DNA of 64,000 nt. Origin: Azolla caroliniana. Lineage: Eukaryota > Plantae > Polypodiophyta. Each line of letters begins with the position of its first letter. Position 1 is the first letter of the stretch. The stretch covers positions 7,192,001-7,256,000 of the forward strand of contig JBHGNT010000012.1 in assembly GCA_043228905.1 (NCBI GenBank). Reading direction: 5' to 3'. The notes below the pieces were generated by a model. It worked only from the letters and a program-made list of their open reading frames with translations, was not told the origin of the DNA and ran no database searches. The translations under genes and the position numbers were made by a program. Below, one piece after another: positions 62,801 through 64,000 of this stretch.

Positions 62801-64000
62801 AGGCCTATTGAAGTCCGAAGGGTAATATTTTCCGAAGTGCCAACCCTTCATGAAGGCCCAACCCACAACACGAGATCAGTTTCACGGGTAACCAACAACT
62901 CTCGCACCGAATCCACCGATTCGGCACAACCGAATGGCTCGGCTTCCGACCATCCGACATCGACACCCGGTGCGACTAGTCCAGTTATACCTCGCAGATC
63001 CGAGAGACTGTCGCAACCTTCGGAGAGGTACTCTCCCGGAATTTTCTTCACTAACACCGGTGAACCAACGTCTTACGAAGAAGCATCGGCATCTCCCGAT
63101 TCAGCCACATGGCATTTGGCGATGGAGTCAGAAATGCACTCCATTCGAGCAAACAAGACTTGGGACTTGGTCGAATTACCAAAGAATCGACGTGTTCTTC
63201 CGTGTAAGTGGGTCTATCGACTAAAAGAGACATCTGACTTGACCACCCCAAAGTACAAGGCCAGATTAGTTGCGAAGGGATTTCGACAAGAATATGGCAT
63301 CGACTTCGACGAAATCTTCTCACCAATGGTGAAAATGACGACCCTTCATTTCATGCTCGGTGTCGTGGCCGCCAACAACTTGGAGCTGATTCAACTAGAT
63401 GTAAAAACGGCATTCCTCCACGGTGACCTACAGGAGGAAATCTATATGGAGCAGCCGAAAGGCTTTGTGGCATCCGGCCAGGAACATCTAGTCTACCGAC
63501 TCAGGAAGAGTCTCTACGGCCTGAAACAAGCACCCCGACAGTGCTACAAGAAGTTCGACGACTTCATCCAGTCAGTCGGCTTCTCAAAGAGCGATGAGGA
63601 CCACTGTCTGTTCACCAAAACAACTCAAGACGGGTCTCCCATCTTCCTCATCATCTACATGGACGACGTGCTACTCTCCGGTTGGCATGCCAGAGAGCTC
63701 ACCGAACTCGTTCGGAAACTACGGTTGAAGTTTGCCATGAAGGACCTCGGTCCGCAAGACACATACTCGGTATGAAGATTAGTCAGCATCGCGATACATG
63801 ACAACTTTTCTTGTCTCAAACCGACTACATCGGACGTGTCTTGGAACGCTTCAACATGCACTCGGCCAAGTCTGCTTCGACCCCGCTCCTCGTTAACCTT
63901 CGGTTGTCTCAGCAAGACTGCCCGACATCCGGTCCGGAGCGGGAAGATATGAAGTTGGTATCGTATGCACCAGCAGTCGGCTCCCATATGTACGCGATGG
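59614..64000 (+). mobile_element. Degenerate copia of family B type (copy F), runs off the window end
   Basis: 5' LTR 59614-~59927 homologous to family B LTRs. PBS TGGTATCAAAGC at 59930-59941. gag-pol from 60613 is collinear with 25545-29561 but has stops and frameshifts. Confidence 0.9.

Overview
Eukaryotic, repeat-saturated plant DNA, probably a non-seed land plant such as a fern or lycophyte (inferred from the TE repertoire). I see no recognisable host gene. About 80% of the window is nested Ty1/copia and Ty3/gypsy LTR retrotransposons, including one young intact copia (25061-30451). The standout is an 11,245-bp cut-and-paste DNA transposon (3512-14756). It has 25-bp TIRs (GGG...CCC) and a 4-bp CCAA TSD, confirmed by the empty site in the sister LTR at the start of the window. 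It carries a spliced Sola-type (Sola2-like) DDD transposase on +. On - it carries a 5-exon coiled-coil/RING-like gene and an FCP1/NIF-like ORF with a degenerate catalytic motif. The largest introns of the transposase and RING-like genes are filled with arrays of the palindrome TAGCTAATTAGCTA, which also marks both element ends. Other oddities: a gypsy element with inward-facing tRNA-Arg PBS-like sites at both LTRs and no PPT, a three-LTR composite copia under one TSD, and tRNA-like pol III boxes inside an LTR. All family calls come from motif recognition by eye, not database searches.
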